NCBI GenBank assembly: GCA_963706575.1
Contig: CAVPNL010000008.1
Span: 295,987 to 359,986 of the forward strand
Reading direction: 5' to 3'
Origin: an uncultured delta proteobacterium
Lineage (GTDB): Bacteria > Desulfobacterota > Desulfobacteria > Desulfobacterales > JAHEIW01
Length of the DNA stretch: 64,000 bases
A model generated the notes under the pieces. It was not told where the DNA came from. It did no database searches and worked only from the letters and a program-made list of their open reading frames with translations. A program made the position numbers and the translations under genes. Below are positions 1-9,878 of the stretch, one piece after another; positions within the stretch are counted from its first letter, which is position 1; each line of letters opens with the position of its first letter.

Positions 1-65
1 CGCTGAACCTTTGAACCCTGAACCTCTGAACACTGAAACCCGGTGATAAATGATAATGTCTTGAT

Positions 66-347
66 GTGAGAAGCGTCTTGAAAACGATAATACAGCACTA
101 CCGTGTGGATCGCAGGAAAATCGCTTTTATAAAATTTATTTTTGAAGCCTACGACGGGATTGTCGGGATGAGAACAATTAACCCGGCGAAGGGGATCATC
201 GAGCTTCGTATTGCACCGGGATGCGAAGAACAGGTTGGTCGGATCTTGCAGGATCTTAAAAAGGAGATTCTGATTCGGCGGCTCGCGACGGATCTTTCCA
301 AATCTGGCCAAAACCCGCAACTTAAAGAGACGGCGCTTTTTAAATGA
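66..347 (+). CDS. DUF4911-family small protein
   Basis: Motif YRVDRRKIAFIKFIFEAYDG..MRTINP; directly upstream of and overlapping miaB. Confidence 0.7.
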   Translation: MRSVLKTIIQHYRVDRRKIAFIKFIFEAYDGIVGMRTINPAKGIIELRIAPGCEEQVGRILQDLKKEILIRRLATDLSKSGQNPQLKETALFK

Positions 348-1762
348 AATCAAAATATATTTACCTTCATACCATTGGCTGCCAGATGAATGTTTACGAT
401 TCAGAGCAGATTGCCATGCGGCTGGCAACCTTGGGATATGAGCAGACCGCATCGATGGCCCAGGCGGACGTGATCATTGTCAACACCTGTACGGTCCGGG
501 CCAAGGCGGAACAGAAGGCCTTCAGCCTGCTGGGTCGGCTTGCAAGAATGAAGCGCGATAAAAACGGACTCATCATTGGCGTCGGCGGCTGTGTGGCCCA
601 GCAGGAAGGGGAAAAAATTCTGGATCGCCAACCCGCGGTTGACCTCGTTTTTGGGACGCAGGCGATTGACAGGCTCCCGCGCCTTATTCAACAAATCGAA
701 GCCCGGCGTTGCCGTATCGTTGATGTGGATATGGACACGGAACAGCGGATCCCTGAATCCCTTGTCGAATCCCGGGATGAAAGTGAGGTCTCCAAATTCG
801 TGACCATCATGCGGGGCTGCGATAACCATTGCACCTATTGCGTGGTTCCTTTCGTACGCGGACGCGAAACCAGTCGCCATCCCGAAAGCATCCTGAGGGA
901 AATCCACAGCCTGGTTAAAACCGGTGTAAGGGAAATCACGCTGCTGGGACAAAACGTAAACAGCTATGGTAAACACCAGAATCTGTGCACATTTCCCGAG
1001 CTTTTATCAATGATAAACGAGGTTGAAGGGCTTTTAAGAATTCGGTTTACCACCTCCCATCCCAAGGATTTAGGGTCGGATCTTATCGCGGCTTTCAGAA
1101 ATCTTGATAAATTGTGTCCCCATATTCATTTGCCGGTTCAATCCGGATCAAACCGGGTTTTAAAGCGCATGAACCGCCAGTACACCCGGGAGCAGTACCT
1201 TGACAAAGTGATGAAACTGCGGGATACTTGTCCTCAGATAGCCATAACATCGGATATCATCGTCGGCTTTCCCGGGGAAAGCCAGACTGATTTTGAACAG
1301 ACGTTGCAACTGATTAAAACGGTGGAATTTGACGGACTTTTTGCCTTTCAATATTCTGATCGCCCCCAGGCACCATCCGTTAAGCTACCCGATAAGCTTC
1401 CAGAGCCGATCATCAGAAAAAGGCTGCAAATTCTTCTGAAGTTACAGGAGAAATTCACCAGACGCAAAAATGAAGCATTGGTCGGGTCCACCCCGCTGGT
1501 CTTGACGGATGGATTGAGCAAAAAACAGGTATCTGACCAGCCAGTTGAGAATGGCGCAGACCTGCAGTGGACCGGTCGTACATCCACCAATAAGATCGTA
1601 AACTTTTATGTGGATGAACCAGCGATTGACTGTGAAAACTTAATCGGCAAAATGGTCGGCGTCTGCATCGATAAAGGCTTTTCCCATTCACTGTTAGGCA
1701 GGGTGATAAATGTCGAACCTTCCGCTGGAGGGTTGAAAGGAGTCAAAAATTATGCTGCATAA
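344..1762 (+). CDS. miaB: tRNA-2-methylthio-N6-dimethylallyladenosine synthase (radical SAM methylthiotransferase)
   Basis: TIGCQMNVYDSE N-terminus, CDNHCTYC radical SAM motif, HLPVQSGS, DIIVGFPGE, C-terminal TRAM-like region. Confidence 0.95.
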   Translation: MKSKYIYLHTIGCQMNVYDSEQIAMRLATLGYEQTASMAQADVIIVNTCTVRAKAEQKAFSLLGRLARMKRDKNGLIIGVGGCVAQQEGEKILDRQPAVDLVFGTQAIDRLPRLIQQIEARRCRIVDVDMDTEQRIPESLVESRDESEVSKFVTIMRGCDNHCTYCVVPFVRGRETSRHPESILREIHSLVKTGVREITLLGQNVNSYGKHQNLCTFPELLSMINEVEGLLRIRFTTSHPKDLGSDLIAAFRNLDKLCPHIHLPVQSGSNRVLKRMNRQYTREQYLDKVMKLRDTCPQIAITSDIIVGFPGESQTDFEQTLQLIKTVEFDGLFAFQYSDRPQAPSVKLPDKLPEPIIRKRLQILLKLQEKFTRRKNEALVGSTPLVLTDGLSKKQVSDQPVENGADLQWTGRTSTNKIVNFYVDEPAIDCENLIGKMVGVCIDKGFSHSLLGRVINVEPSAGGLKGVKNYAA

Positions 1763-2249
1763 GGTGAGCATTGCGGGTTTGACCATTGATCCAGCCTCAA
1801 ACACGCCGATAATTATATTGAAATCAGAACAAACGGATCAGGCGATGCCAATATGGATTGGTTTACTTGAAGCCACTTCAATAGCGTCAGCCCTCCAAAA
1901 AATAAAATATGAACGTCCTATGACCCACGACCTTTTCAAGAATTTTACGGATCTTTTAAATATTTCGATTTCAAAAATTGAAGTGTGTGATTTAAAGGAT
2001 AACACTTTTTTCGCCAAAGTTTATTTTATTTCCGAAGACGCCAATTTTGAAATGGATGCACGACCGAGCGATGCAATTGCATTGGCACTTCGATTTGATG
2101 CGCCGATTTATGTATCTGATGAAGTCATGCAAAAATCGAAAATTGGAGACGGTGAAGCCGAAATTTTAGACACCAGCGAAGAAGGTAAAAAGTGGGCTGA
2201 TTATTTGGAAAGCCTGTCACCGGAAGATTTTGGAAAGTTCAAGATTTAG
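1752..2249 (+). CDS. Bifunctional nuclease family protein (DUF151)
   Basis: PIWIGLLEA, RPMTHDL, DARPSDAIALALR motifs. Confidence 0.92.
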   Translation: MLHKVSIAGLTIDPASNTPIIILKSEQTDQAMPIWIGLLEATSIASALQKIKYERPMTHDLFKNFTDLLNISISKIEVCDLKDNTFFAKVYFISEDANFEMDARPSDAIALALRFDAPIYVSDEVMQKSKIGDGEAEILDTSEEGKKWADYLESLSPEDFGKFKI

Positions 2250-2350
2250 AGTGATTTAATCGCCTGTTCCCGGATTAAATTTCGCAAGGACTTGTAAAAC
2301 ATCCACCAATCAGGTGAGGCCGGCTGAATAAACCAGCCGGGTTGGATTTG

Positions 2351-2384
2351 AAAAAGCGCCGCTGCTTGGCTTCGGCGTTTTTTT
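2351..2384. terminator. Intrinsic terminator-like hairpin, possibly bidirectional
   Basis: AAAAAGCGCCG-11 nt-CGGCGTTTTTTT downstream of the miaB operon. Confidence 0.65.
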
Positions 2385-2525
2385 AGTTTAGGGCAGTATA
2401 AAACGCCTTGCTTCATCGAGTTAATACGGTGAATTTGTGTGCCCTCATTTCGATCTACTATTTTCATTCTGTTAGAAAATTCAAAAAAAAGGACGTTTTC
2501 ACAAGTTTGGCCTTGCGGCTTAAAT

Positions 2526-2669
2526 TGTTGATAACGTGTTGATAACTGCGAATCTATTTGAAATTTCACATAAAAATTTTAAGTTTGGTAAGTTCACGAA
2601 ATAAATGGATATGTTTACCGGCAATATCTATTTTCAATAGATTCCAGTTAGATGCTGATTGTTGATAAC
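2526..2669. promoter_or_regulatory. Three identical TGTTGATAAC 10-mers (DnaA-box-like, TTATCAACA on the minus strand)
   Basis: Copies at 2526-2535, 2537-2546 and 2660-2669; one mismatch to TTATCCACA. Confidence 0.45.
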
Positions 2670-2915
2670 TCTGTGCGGTCGAATTTGAAAAACAGGTGTA
2701 ATCCGATTTGACACTTAATCGAGTTTATCCAAATATAGTTTTGAGGACATCCTCTTTTTTATCCTTCCTGGAAATTTAATTGGGCATGCTTTTTTATTTT
2801 TTATGCGCGGCCAAGAAACAGACCCTTTGAAAATTCGGTTCCGAATCTGCACGAATCGCTGATCGTTGAATCCCGGTCAGCGCGGCATGCGTGAGATTGC
2901 TAAATAAACCTAAAA

Positions 2916-2963
2916 TATCCATATGTTGGGGTTGATAATCTTAAACTATACAACATATAGTTG
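2916..2963. promoter_or_regulatory. Tandem NrdR-box-like palindromes, 32 bp apart
   Basis: TATCCATATGTTGGGG (2916-2931) and ATACAACATATAGTTG (2948-2963) fit acaCwAtATaTwGtgt. Confidence 0.65.
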
Positions 2964-2990
2964 ACATATGACCTGTATTACAACTATAAT
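2961..2990 (+). promoter_or_regulatory. Sigma70 promoter with consensus -35 and -10 hexamers
   Basis: TTGACA (2961-2966), 18 nt spacer, TATAAT (2985-2990), upstream of the 3069 start. Confidence 0.8.
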
Positions 2991-3068
2991 ATATGTAGGG
3001 TCGGATAGGGGCTACGGATAAAACTTGAAATCACTTCTAAATCACCAACTGATCCTAAGGAAAGAATC

Positions 3069-3440
3069 ATGTGCACGATTTTAGTGATCGATGATGAAAA
3101 AGGCATTCTGGGCGTAATCCAGGAGGCGCTGACCAGATTCGGCCATATCGTCGAAATAGCGTTCGACGGAATCGAAGGGATTAAAAAATTTGATGACGGC
3201 AGTTACGATATGGTGATTACCGATCTGCGCATGCCGCGACTTGATGGTAAAGGGGTGGTTCGGCACATCCGCAATTCTCGCAGAAATTCCATTCCTGTTC
3301 TCGGCATTTCAGGAACACCTTGGCAGACTCAAGATTCGGGTTTCGATGCGGTTCTTTCCAAACCATTTCCGCTGCGGGATCTGGTGGAGTCGGTCAAAAA
3401 ACTGACAACGATCCCACCGAAACGCGAATTGAGTGCCTGA
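3069..3440 (+). CDS. Single-domain response regulator (receiver only)
   Basis: ILVIDDE, ITDLRMPRLDG, ISG, KPF receiver motifs. Confidence 0.92.
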   Translation: MCTILVIDDEKGILGVIQEALTRFGHIVEIAFDGIEGIKKFDDGSYDMVITDLRMPRLDGKGVVRHIRNSRRNSIPVLGISGTPWQTQDSGFDAVLSKPFPLRDLVESVKKLTTIPPKRELSA

Positions 3441-3556
3441 AGCAGTATACGTTTATCGGCCGTGCCGCAAAATTCAACAGCCGCGTGATTGTTTGCGATC
3501 AGCGGCTTTTTTCTTTTTTATTTTCTGAAACCGCGGAATAAAGCCGCACGTCCCCC

Positions 3557-4756
3557 TTAATATTTAAATTTTCCATTTTCGTAAATCAGTACTTTTTTAC
3601 CGGATTTTAAATGGGCGTTAACCCGTTTCTTTTCGGTATTGATAAAATCCCAGTGCAAGGCGGATTGGTTGAAGCCGAGTTTACGCTTCATCTGTTTTGT
3701 CAAATCGAGCGGATTTCCGGAATAGGTGTTTGAATAAGAGGATCCTAACGCAATGTGGCAGTTACCGTATTTGCCGCCATAATTTTCATCATAAAGCGTG
3801 TTGGCCATAAATGTGTTGATACGGGAAAATCGTTTGTCCGTTAACGAGAATTCACCCAGGAGGCCGGCGCCTCCATCCATCCTCAATTGCTGCTTCACAA
3901 AGTTTTGCCCATTTACGGCCCCAATATTAGTAAGTCTGCCTTTCTCAAATTTCAGGCGAACACCTTTGACATAATTGCCGCTTCGATAGGACGGCTGGTT
4001 CGCATAATAGGTGCCCCAGGTGCCCCGCCAATCGGGCGAGACAAATATCTCAAAGCTGGGAATATTACGGCCGGATATGCCGACCCACTTTCTGTTTTCG
4101 CCAAGAGAGATCTGCAGGTCCACGTTTTCAGACTCCACTTGCAAATATGCAATCGGCATGCGATTAAGCCATTGCTTAATTGATTGAGCCTCCTGGTAAA
4201 TGCGCTGCCATTCCACTACCGGCGACGTTTTATTAAGAAAACACGCCCTGACAATTTGGGCCGAATACGATTTTTGGGTGATACGTGCATGTTTTGCCAG
4301 TTCAGCGGTGGGAAAGATGCACAGCGTCCAACTAAATTTACCCTGAGCTTCTCTTTTGTCTAGCAAACTGCGCAATTTCTTTTTGGCCACTGTCGCTTTA
4401 CCGATTCTTTTTGGATCAATTTTGCTCAGATGCGTCAGCGATTCAGGGGCATAAATAGATATGCTGCCATTCAATCGGGCCAATAAGGTTTCTTCACCGG
4501 GAGGGATATAAACCAGCTGTTTGTCGTTTGCCAGTTTATAATAGTCGTGCTCAATGGATGAGGTAGGATTCAATCGCAACAGCGGATGAGCGCCTGTTTT
4601 AAGCAATTTTGCATAAAGAATTTCGGCCAGGCGCACGGCCTTCAGATCGAAACGCACAAGCACCAGGTCATTTTTGCCTGCTTTGCGGGTTCTGGCGGTC
4701 TGAAGGCCCCATAATAATACATCTGCATAACGGTTAAGTTGTTTTGCCGTGAGCAC
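3557..4756 (-). CDS. Aminopeptidase, M29 (thermophilic metalloprotease / AmpS-like) family
   Basis: NIPSFEIF, GEFSL, LYDEN, HIALG, HWDF motifs. Confidence 0.88.
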   Translation of the reverse strand: MLTAKQLNRYADVLLWGLQTARTRKAGKNDLVLVRFDLKAVRLAEILYAKLLKTGAHPLLRLNPTSSIEHDYYKLANDKQLVYIPPGEETLLARLNGSISIYAPESLTHLSKIDPKRIGKATVAKKKLRSLLDKREAQGKFSWTLCIFPTAELAKHARITQKSYSAQIVRACFLNKTSPVVEWQRIYQEAQSIKQWLNRMPIAYLQVESENVDLQISLGENRKWVGISGRNIPSFEIFVSPDWRGTWGTYYANQPSYRSGNYVKGVRLKFEKGRLTNIGAVNGQNFVKQQLRMDGGAGLLGEFSLTDKRFSRINTFMANTLYDENYGGKYGNCHIALGSSYSNTYSGNPLDLTKQMKRKLGFNQSALHWDFINTEKKRVNAHLKSGKKVLIYENGKFKY

Positions 4757-4791
4757 GTTTCCCCCTTCCTGGCTTTGTTACTGATTTCTTG

Positions 4792-5092
4792 CATCCGGCA
4801 ACTTGCAACTGGCTGTTGGCTACTGGCTCCTGGTCCGTGAGTTTAGTCGATTCTTTAATTGGTCGAACGGTCAAATAGCTTATCTTTCGTTAATTCGTTA
4901 AATAGTTAAATAGCAAATTGGTTATAGGATTTAAACCATTTGACTACTCAACTACTTGACCATTTAACTACATCTTGAATCCTCTCACAAATTGACTATT
5001 CAACTAATCAACTATTTAACCTGACATCTGACATCTGTTATCTGACATCCTAAACCCGACACCTATTTGAGGTCAGTAGCCAGATGCCGGAA
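4792..5092. repeat. Nested intergenic palindrome of 7-8 nt units
   Basis: CTGGCTG/CTACTGG arms vs CAGTAGCCAG; GTTAAATA vs TATTTAAC; CTGACAT tandem. Confidence 0.7.
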
Positions 5093-5098
5093 ACGACC

Positions 5099-5350
5099 TT
5101 ATGATTCCTCTTTTAAAAAAAGCTCATGATACTCGGAGTCGACCAGATGCGCTTTCAACAGCCGTGTTATCAAACTAAAAATTTCGGTGAGCTCTTCATC
5201 AGACAGACGTTTAATGATGGTCTTCATCAAGCGGTCATCTGAGAATTTTTGAAGGTAATATACCACCGTGTTTTCATCTGTCTCTCGATCGGCACCAAAA
5301 CCGACCAGACCTTCATATGTTTCCACAAATTTATGAGTGTGAATGGACAT
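5099..5350 (-). CDS. Conserved small cytoplasmic protein
   Basis: ORF with ATG at 5350 (MSIHTHKFVETYEGLVGFG...YHELFLKEES); acidic and helical. Confidence 0.65.
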   Translation of the reverse strand: MSIHTHKFVETYEGLVGFGADRETDENTVVYYLQKFSDDRLMKTIIKRLSDEELTEIFSLITRLLKAHLVDSEYHELFLKEES

Positions 5351-5648
5351 TTTGCACCTGCGCCTCAAGCTTGGGGCTTCGCCCCAGCTGGAATGTTGGA
5401 AAGGTGGAATGCTGGGTTAGAAAATTAATAATATTCCTATCTCATGAATCGTGCGGATTTACAATGCGATGCAACATATAGACCCAATATTCTCTCCGAG
5501 CCATAGGCTCTATGAGCCGGAGGCCAGCATTCCAATATTCCATTATTCCGTTAGAGGGGAGATGTGGATTAAGTTCAAGTTGTATAACGGTCAACAAAAT
5601 TAATTGACAGAAAGAGGGGAGCTATTTGTGGGTAGGTGTTCCAGGACG

Positions 5649-7415
5649 CTAATTTTGATCCAGTACGGTGCGGATGGTGCTGGCCAGGTCATTTTTTATC
5701 ACCGGTTTCATGACAAATTTTTGAATCCCCATGGCCAGCGCTTTTTCTTCGGTAATATCTTCATTAAAACCGGTGCACAAAATGACGGGTATGTCGGGCT
5801 TTATATTCAGCAGTTTTTTAGCCAGCTCATCGCCTGTAATGTGAGGCATGGTCATGTCCGTGATCACCAGATCGAAATTTTGAGGTTTTTCCGAGAACTC
5901 TCTGAGGGCTTCGGTGCTGTCAGTCCGCGCGGTAACTTCGTAACCTAAATTTTCCAGCATCTGTTGTTCCATGGAAACGATTTGCTCTTCGTCGTCGATC
6001 AAAAGGATGCGCTCGCTGCCCTTGGCAGCTTCATTGGAGGGCTCGAATTCGGCTGCGGTGTCACTATTTTCGATAATCGGCAAATAAACTTTAAAAGTGG
6101 CGCCTTTTCCCGGCGAACTGGCAACGGTGATATCGCCCCGGTGGTTTTTAACAATTCCGTGAATGACGGATAACCCCAGCCCCGTGCCTTTACCCTGCTC
6201 TTTGGTGGTGTAATAGGGTTCGAAAATACGTTCCAGCACCGCAGCATCCATGCCGCAGCCTTCATCGATGACGAGAAGCTGCAAATGTCTGCCGGGCTGC
6301 ATGCCGATTTTTTCAATCGTTTCTTCGTAGCCGACATCCACTTCGCTCAGGTTGACTTCCAGTGTGCCGCCCTTATCCTGCATCGCTTGATAGGCGTTGG
6401 TGCAGAGATTCATAATCACCTGATGAATTTGAGTGGCATCTCCCATTACGGGATGGCAGTCGTCGTCGATTTTATGAATGATGTCTATCGATGCCGGAAT
6501 CGATGCCCGTAAAAGTTTGAGTGCTTCTGTAATGACCGATTGTACATTTGTCGGTTTGCGTTCCTGACCGCTCTGCCGGCTGAACGTCAGGATCTGCTGG
6601 ACCAGGTCCTTGGCGCGATTGGCGGCCTTAAGAATCTCTTCAAGGTTGTTGTGAGCCACGCTGTTCTCGGGAACTTCATCCATTGTCAATTCGGTATACC
6701 CGACGATGGGAAACAGGATATTGTTAAAATCGTGCGCAATACCGCCGGCAAGGGTTCCAATGGCCTGGATTTTAAGAACCTGTTGCAACTGCCGTTCATA
6801 TTTGGCCAGCGCCTGAGTCCGCTCTTCAACCATTTTTTCAAGGTTTTCATTTTGATTGCGCAGCAGTGAATAAAATTCGAGGCTTTCCAATGCGTTGGCT
6901 GTGTTGAGCAATACGATCGATAACAGGGTCAGGGAAGTATCCGGGATTTTACTGTCTTTTGCCGGCAGCAATCCGATGAACATGCCCCGTATTCGTGAAT
7001 ATGTGGCAATAACATGTAAAACGAATTTTCGGCTATGGTTTTTGGACGAGATAACAACACCCCGCTTTTCCCGTATGGCCCAGGCAAAATAACCCTGTTC
7101 GATCATGTGATCGACTTCTTTTTTGATAAATGTTTTCAAATGGTTCTGATTGCATACCGATAAATTGAAATCCGATTTTTCTTGATCGACAAGATAGAGT
7201 GCATTGGCTTCGAAAGGAATCAGGTGGCGGATACGTTTATCGGCTTCCTGCAAAACATATTCGGGACCGTATCCCTTATTAATATTTTCCTGAAAATCAC
7301 CCAGTGATAGCGCCATTTCAAGAACATTTTGGATAAACCGTCGATTTTCTTCTAAATAATCGATGCGGGCCAAAAGCTTTTCAGCGTCCATCGGTATGGT
7401 GGTATTGTTATTCAT
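5649..7415 (-). CDS. Hybrid sensor histidine kinase (GAF-like input, HisKA, HATPase, receiver)
   Basis: GTLAGGIAHDFNNIL H-box, NLCTNA N-box, GTGLGLS G-box, C-terminal receiver ITDMTMP. Confidence 0.93.
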   Translation of the reverse strand: MNNNTTIPMDAEKLLARIDYLEENRRFIQNVLEMALSLGDFQENINKGYGPEYVLQEADKRIRHLIPFEANALYLVDQEKSDFNLSVCNQNHLKTFIKKEVDHMIEQGYFAWAIREKRGVVISSKNHSRKFVLHVIATYSRIRGMFIGLLPAKDSKIPDTSLTLLSIVLLNTANALESLEFYSLLRNQNENLEKMVEERTQALAKYERQLQQVLKIQAIGTLAGGIAHDFNNILFPIVGYTELTMDEVPENSVAHNNLEEILKAANRAKDLVQQILTFSRQSGQERKPTNVQSVITEALKLLRASIPASIDIIHKIDDDCHPVMGDATQIHQVIMNLCTNAYQAMQDKGGTLEVNLSEVDVGYEETIEKIGMQPGRHLQLLVIDEGCGMDAAVLERIFEPYYTTKEQGKGTGLGLSVIHGIVKNHRGDITVASSPGKGATFKVYLPIIENSDTAAEFEPSNEAAKGSERILLIDDEEQIVSMEQQMLENLGYEVTARTDSTEALREFSEKPQNFDLVITDMTMPHITGDELAKKLLNIKPDIPVILCTGFNEDITEEKALAMGIQKFVMKPVIKNDLASTIRTVLDQN

Positions 7416-7422
7416 AAAATTT

Positions 7423-8646
7423 TTAACTGTCCAAAATGGATTCTAATGCAAAAAATTGATGGATCGCCTGTTTGGCTACCAAATCAAAACAGGTCGGCGA
7501 CAGCCCCAGGTTTTCCCAGGCGGCACGATCCAGTGGTGGTACAAAGCGTTCACCGCTGGTACCAATGCCCAAACCATTGGTTATAATATCCGCCAGATGA
7601 ACCAGAGTGGCGGGTACCGGTTGCTGGGCCTCACAGGGGTTGTGATGAAAAAACACGTTGTTTTCCAGCATCATCGGCAACTTCCACTGTTGCAACAGAT
7701 GTTTGATCAGATGGGTGTGATTACAGCCCAGATAATCATTTTCCTGCAGGTATAACAGCGTATCTGTAGATCGCGCACGGCTCAATAGGTTGTGCGATTC
7801 CTCAGGGAAATAGCTGTAAAGAATCAGCCGTCCCAGATCATGCAACAGCCCTGAGACAAACAATTGCTCCGTCTGGGGAAGGCTCTTATGGGCGGCCAAA
7901 ATTCTTGAAATGATACCGCACGCCAGACTATGCCTCAGAAAAGAGTACATGCTGAGTAATTCTTTAGGAATCTTGTTAAACATGGAAACTAGGCTGATTC
8001 CAAGTGCCAGCCCTGAAATTTCACGCGTACCGATCAAGGTCACGGCCAGTGAAATTTTATCGATTTTAGAAGGAAACCCATAAAAGGGTGAATTAACAAT
8101 TTTCAGTAAAAGTGCGGTTAAACTTGGACTGCGGTTGACAACTTGCGCAATATCCTCCGCCGATGACAATGGGTTGGCAATGACCTCGTTTAATTCAAAA
8201 ACAATCGACGGTATCTCCGGCAGGGTAATTCTTTCCTTGTTCAGCTTTTGCAGAAAATCAGTTTCAACCGTCGTTTGTCCGTTATTGGCATCCGTCAGAC
8301 TGATATTTTTCTCGGTTTCGGAAAAATTGTGTTTGCAGCGAAACAGGACCGAAATTCTAAATATTTCTTTAATTGCCGGATGTTCTAAATCCGCATGCTG
8401 AAATAGTTCTTTGGTTTTTTCTTTCGTTTTTTCGATGATTTGCGGATCCGCAGGGCCGGTGGAAGTATCTCGGTTGCCATTATTACCGCGGATATTAACC
8501 TCAGTAACCCCCCAAGTCTTAAAAATCCGAATATGGGAAGATTGAATTTCCTTCTCGCTCTTTAGAAGCAGTCGACCATTGATATCCCTGACTTCCTGAT
8601 CCAAAACCATTCCCGGTTTCAATTTGTTGATGTGAATGATACCCAT
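7423..8646 (-). CDS. HDOD domain signal-transduction protein
   Basis: LPEIP, LLKIVNSPFYG, HSLACG, GLLHDLG motifs. Confidence 0.9.
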   Translation of the reverse strand: MGIIHINKLKPGMVLDQEVRDINGRLLLKSEKEIQSSHIRIFKTWGVTEVNIRGNNGNRDTSTGPADPQIIEKTKEKTKELFQHADLEHPAIKEIFRISVLFRCKHNFSETEKNISLTDANNGQTTVETDFLQKLNKERITLPEIPSIVFELNEVIANPLSSAEDIAQVVNRSPSLTALLLKIVNSPFYGFPSKIDKISLAVTLIGTREISGLALGISLVSMFNKIPKELLSMYSFLRHSLACGIISRILAAHKSLPQTEQLFVSGLLHDLGRLILYSYFPEESHNLLSRARSTDTLLYLQENDYLGCNHTHLIKHLLQQWKLPMMLENNVFFHHNPCEAQQPVPATLVHLADIITNGLGIGTSGERFVPPLDRAAWENLGLSPTCFDLVAKQAIHQFFALESILDS

Positions 8647-8891
8647 TCGAAGTAGCTCCAGTTGTTGTTCGATATTTCGGAAAATATTTTAATGCATTGA
8701 ATTATTTGGATTTATTTTAAATTAAAACAATTGTGCAACTTCCATCACCAAAATTAATCCATTTAATTCTATAAATGATTATCGTCTTAATTATACCTAA
8801 ACTTAAGGAAAAATAAGGAAAATCGGAGATTTCGGCAGATGTTAGAGATGCAGGAATGATCGCTAAAAGCAAAATCGAAGCCGGTAAATAC

Positions 8892-9707
8892 CTATCGGTT
8901 CGTATCGGGCCTCAGTCTTTGCGTTAATTTTGTTACGGCAGCCATATAGTCTTTCAGGCCGTGCATGAAAATATCATTGTGGTTCGCACCCGAAATTTTC
9001 AAAAATGTTTTATCCGTCGCCGAGCATGCCTCAAAGAGGGCCTCGCCATCCGAGCAGGGGATGATATGGTCACCTTCGGCATGGATGACCAGGGTGGGCT
9101 TGGTAAATGCGTGAATTTTGTCGATGTTGCCAAAGCCCTTATCTTCTTTAAACCCGATTTCAGCGATATCGATCCCCAAAAGCGCTAACAGCGGTCCGGC
9201 ATAGGCAAAACCACTTTCAACAATCAGGCCATCGATGCCGGCAGCATAGTGCATCGCCAGTTCCAGCACCGAAGCGCTGCCAAGGGATCGGCCCATGAGG
9301 ACCAGAGGGCCGGGGTAATCGTTTTTATGGAGCCACTTTTTCACAAAATCAAAAGTCACGTGGCAATCCCGCATCATCGCGGTTACTGTGGGCTGACCGG
9401 TGGAACGGCCGTAACCCCGGTAATCGACGGCCAAAAAATTGATCCCCAATTGATTCATCATCCGGCCGAAATCATCATAGTCGGCCACGATTTCGCCGTT
9501 GCCGTGAAAAAAAAGAATATTACAGGCAGATTTGTCGGTCAGATGAAATCGGGCACCGACAGCGATGTCGGCTTCTACCGGTATCATGATATCGTTATGC
9601 TCTGAAACAGATACCGACCGCCCGAATTCGGGTCGCGGATGAAACAGATACATCAATATTTCGGGACGATCCAATAGCGCATAGTCTATTTTTGAGATAT
9701 CAATCAT
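8892..9707 (-). CDS. Alpha/beta hydrolase (ABHD17/BEM46-like)
   Basis: FFHGNGE, DYRGYG, GRSLG nucleophile, HND. Confidence 0.88.
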   Translation of the reverse strand: MIDISKIDYALLDRPEILMYLFHPRPEFGRSVSVSEHNDIMIPVEADIAVGARFHLTDKSACNILFFHGNGEIVADYDDFGRMMNQLGINFLAVDYRGYGRSTGQPTVTAMMRDCHVTFDFVKKWLHKNDYPGPLVLMGRSLGSASVLELAMHYAAGIDGLIVESGFAYAGPLLALLGIDIAEIGFKEDKGFGNIDKIHAFTKPTLVIHAEGDHIIPCSDGEALFEACSATDKTFLKISGANHNDIFMHGLKDYMAAVTKLTQRLRPDTNR

Positions 9708-9878
9708 TGCATTCTCCTAGTTGAGTCCCGCAAGTTATTTACATAACAAAATTTTATTTTAGGTTTCGGATATCAGGCCTCTGGCTTCTGGTTACTGGTT
9801 CCTGGCCAGAAGCAAAAAGCGAGAAGCCAGCGGCCAAGACAAAGACACCGAATCCGCAGCCGTTACGATTCGTATAAA

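Noticed and set aside
2246..2569. 107-aa minus-strand ORF
   Set aside because: No recognisable motif; overlaps a terminator and regulatory repeats
2250..2950. Chromosomal origin (oriC)
   Set aside because: Only imperfect DnaA-like boxes, no dnaA/dnaN/gidA nearby, and flanking genes mostly converge rather than diverge. Not excluded, but unsupported without GC-skew data
4792..5092. CRISPR array in the periodic intergenic DNA (also 28374-28446 and 58.8-63.8 kb)
   Set aside because: No identical 23-47 bp repeats with regular unique spacers, and no cas genes
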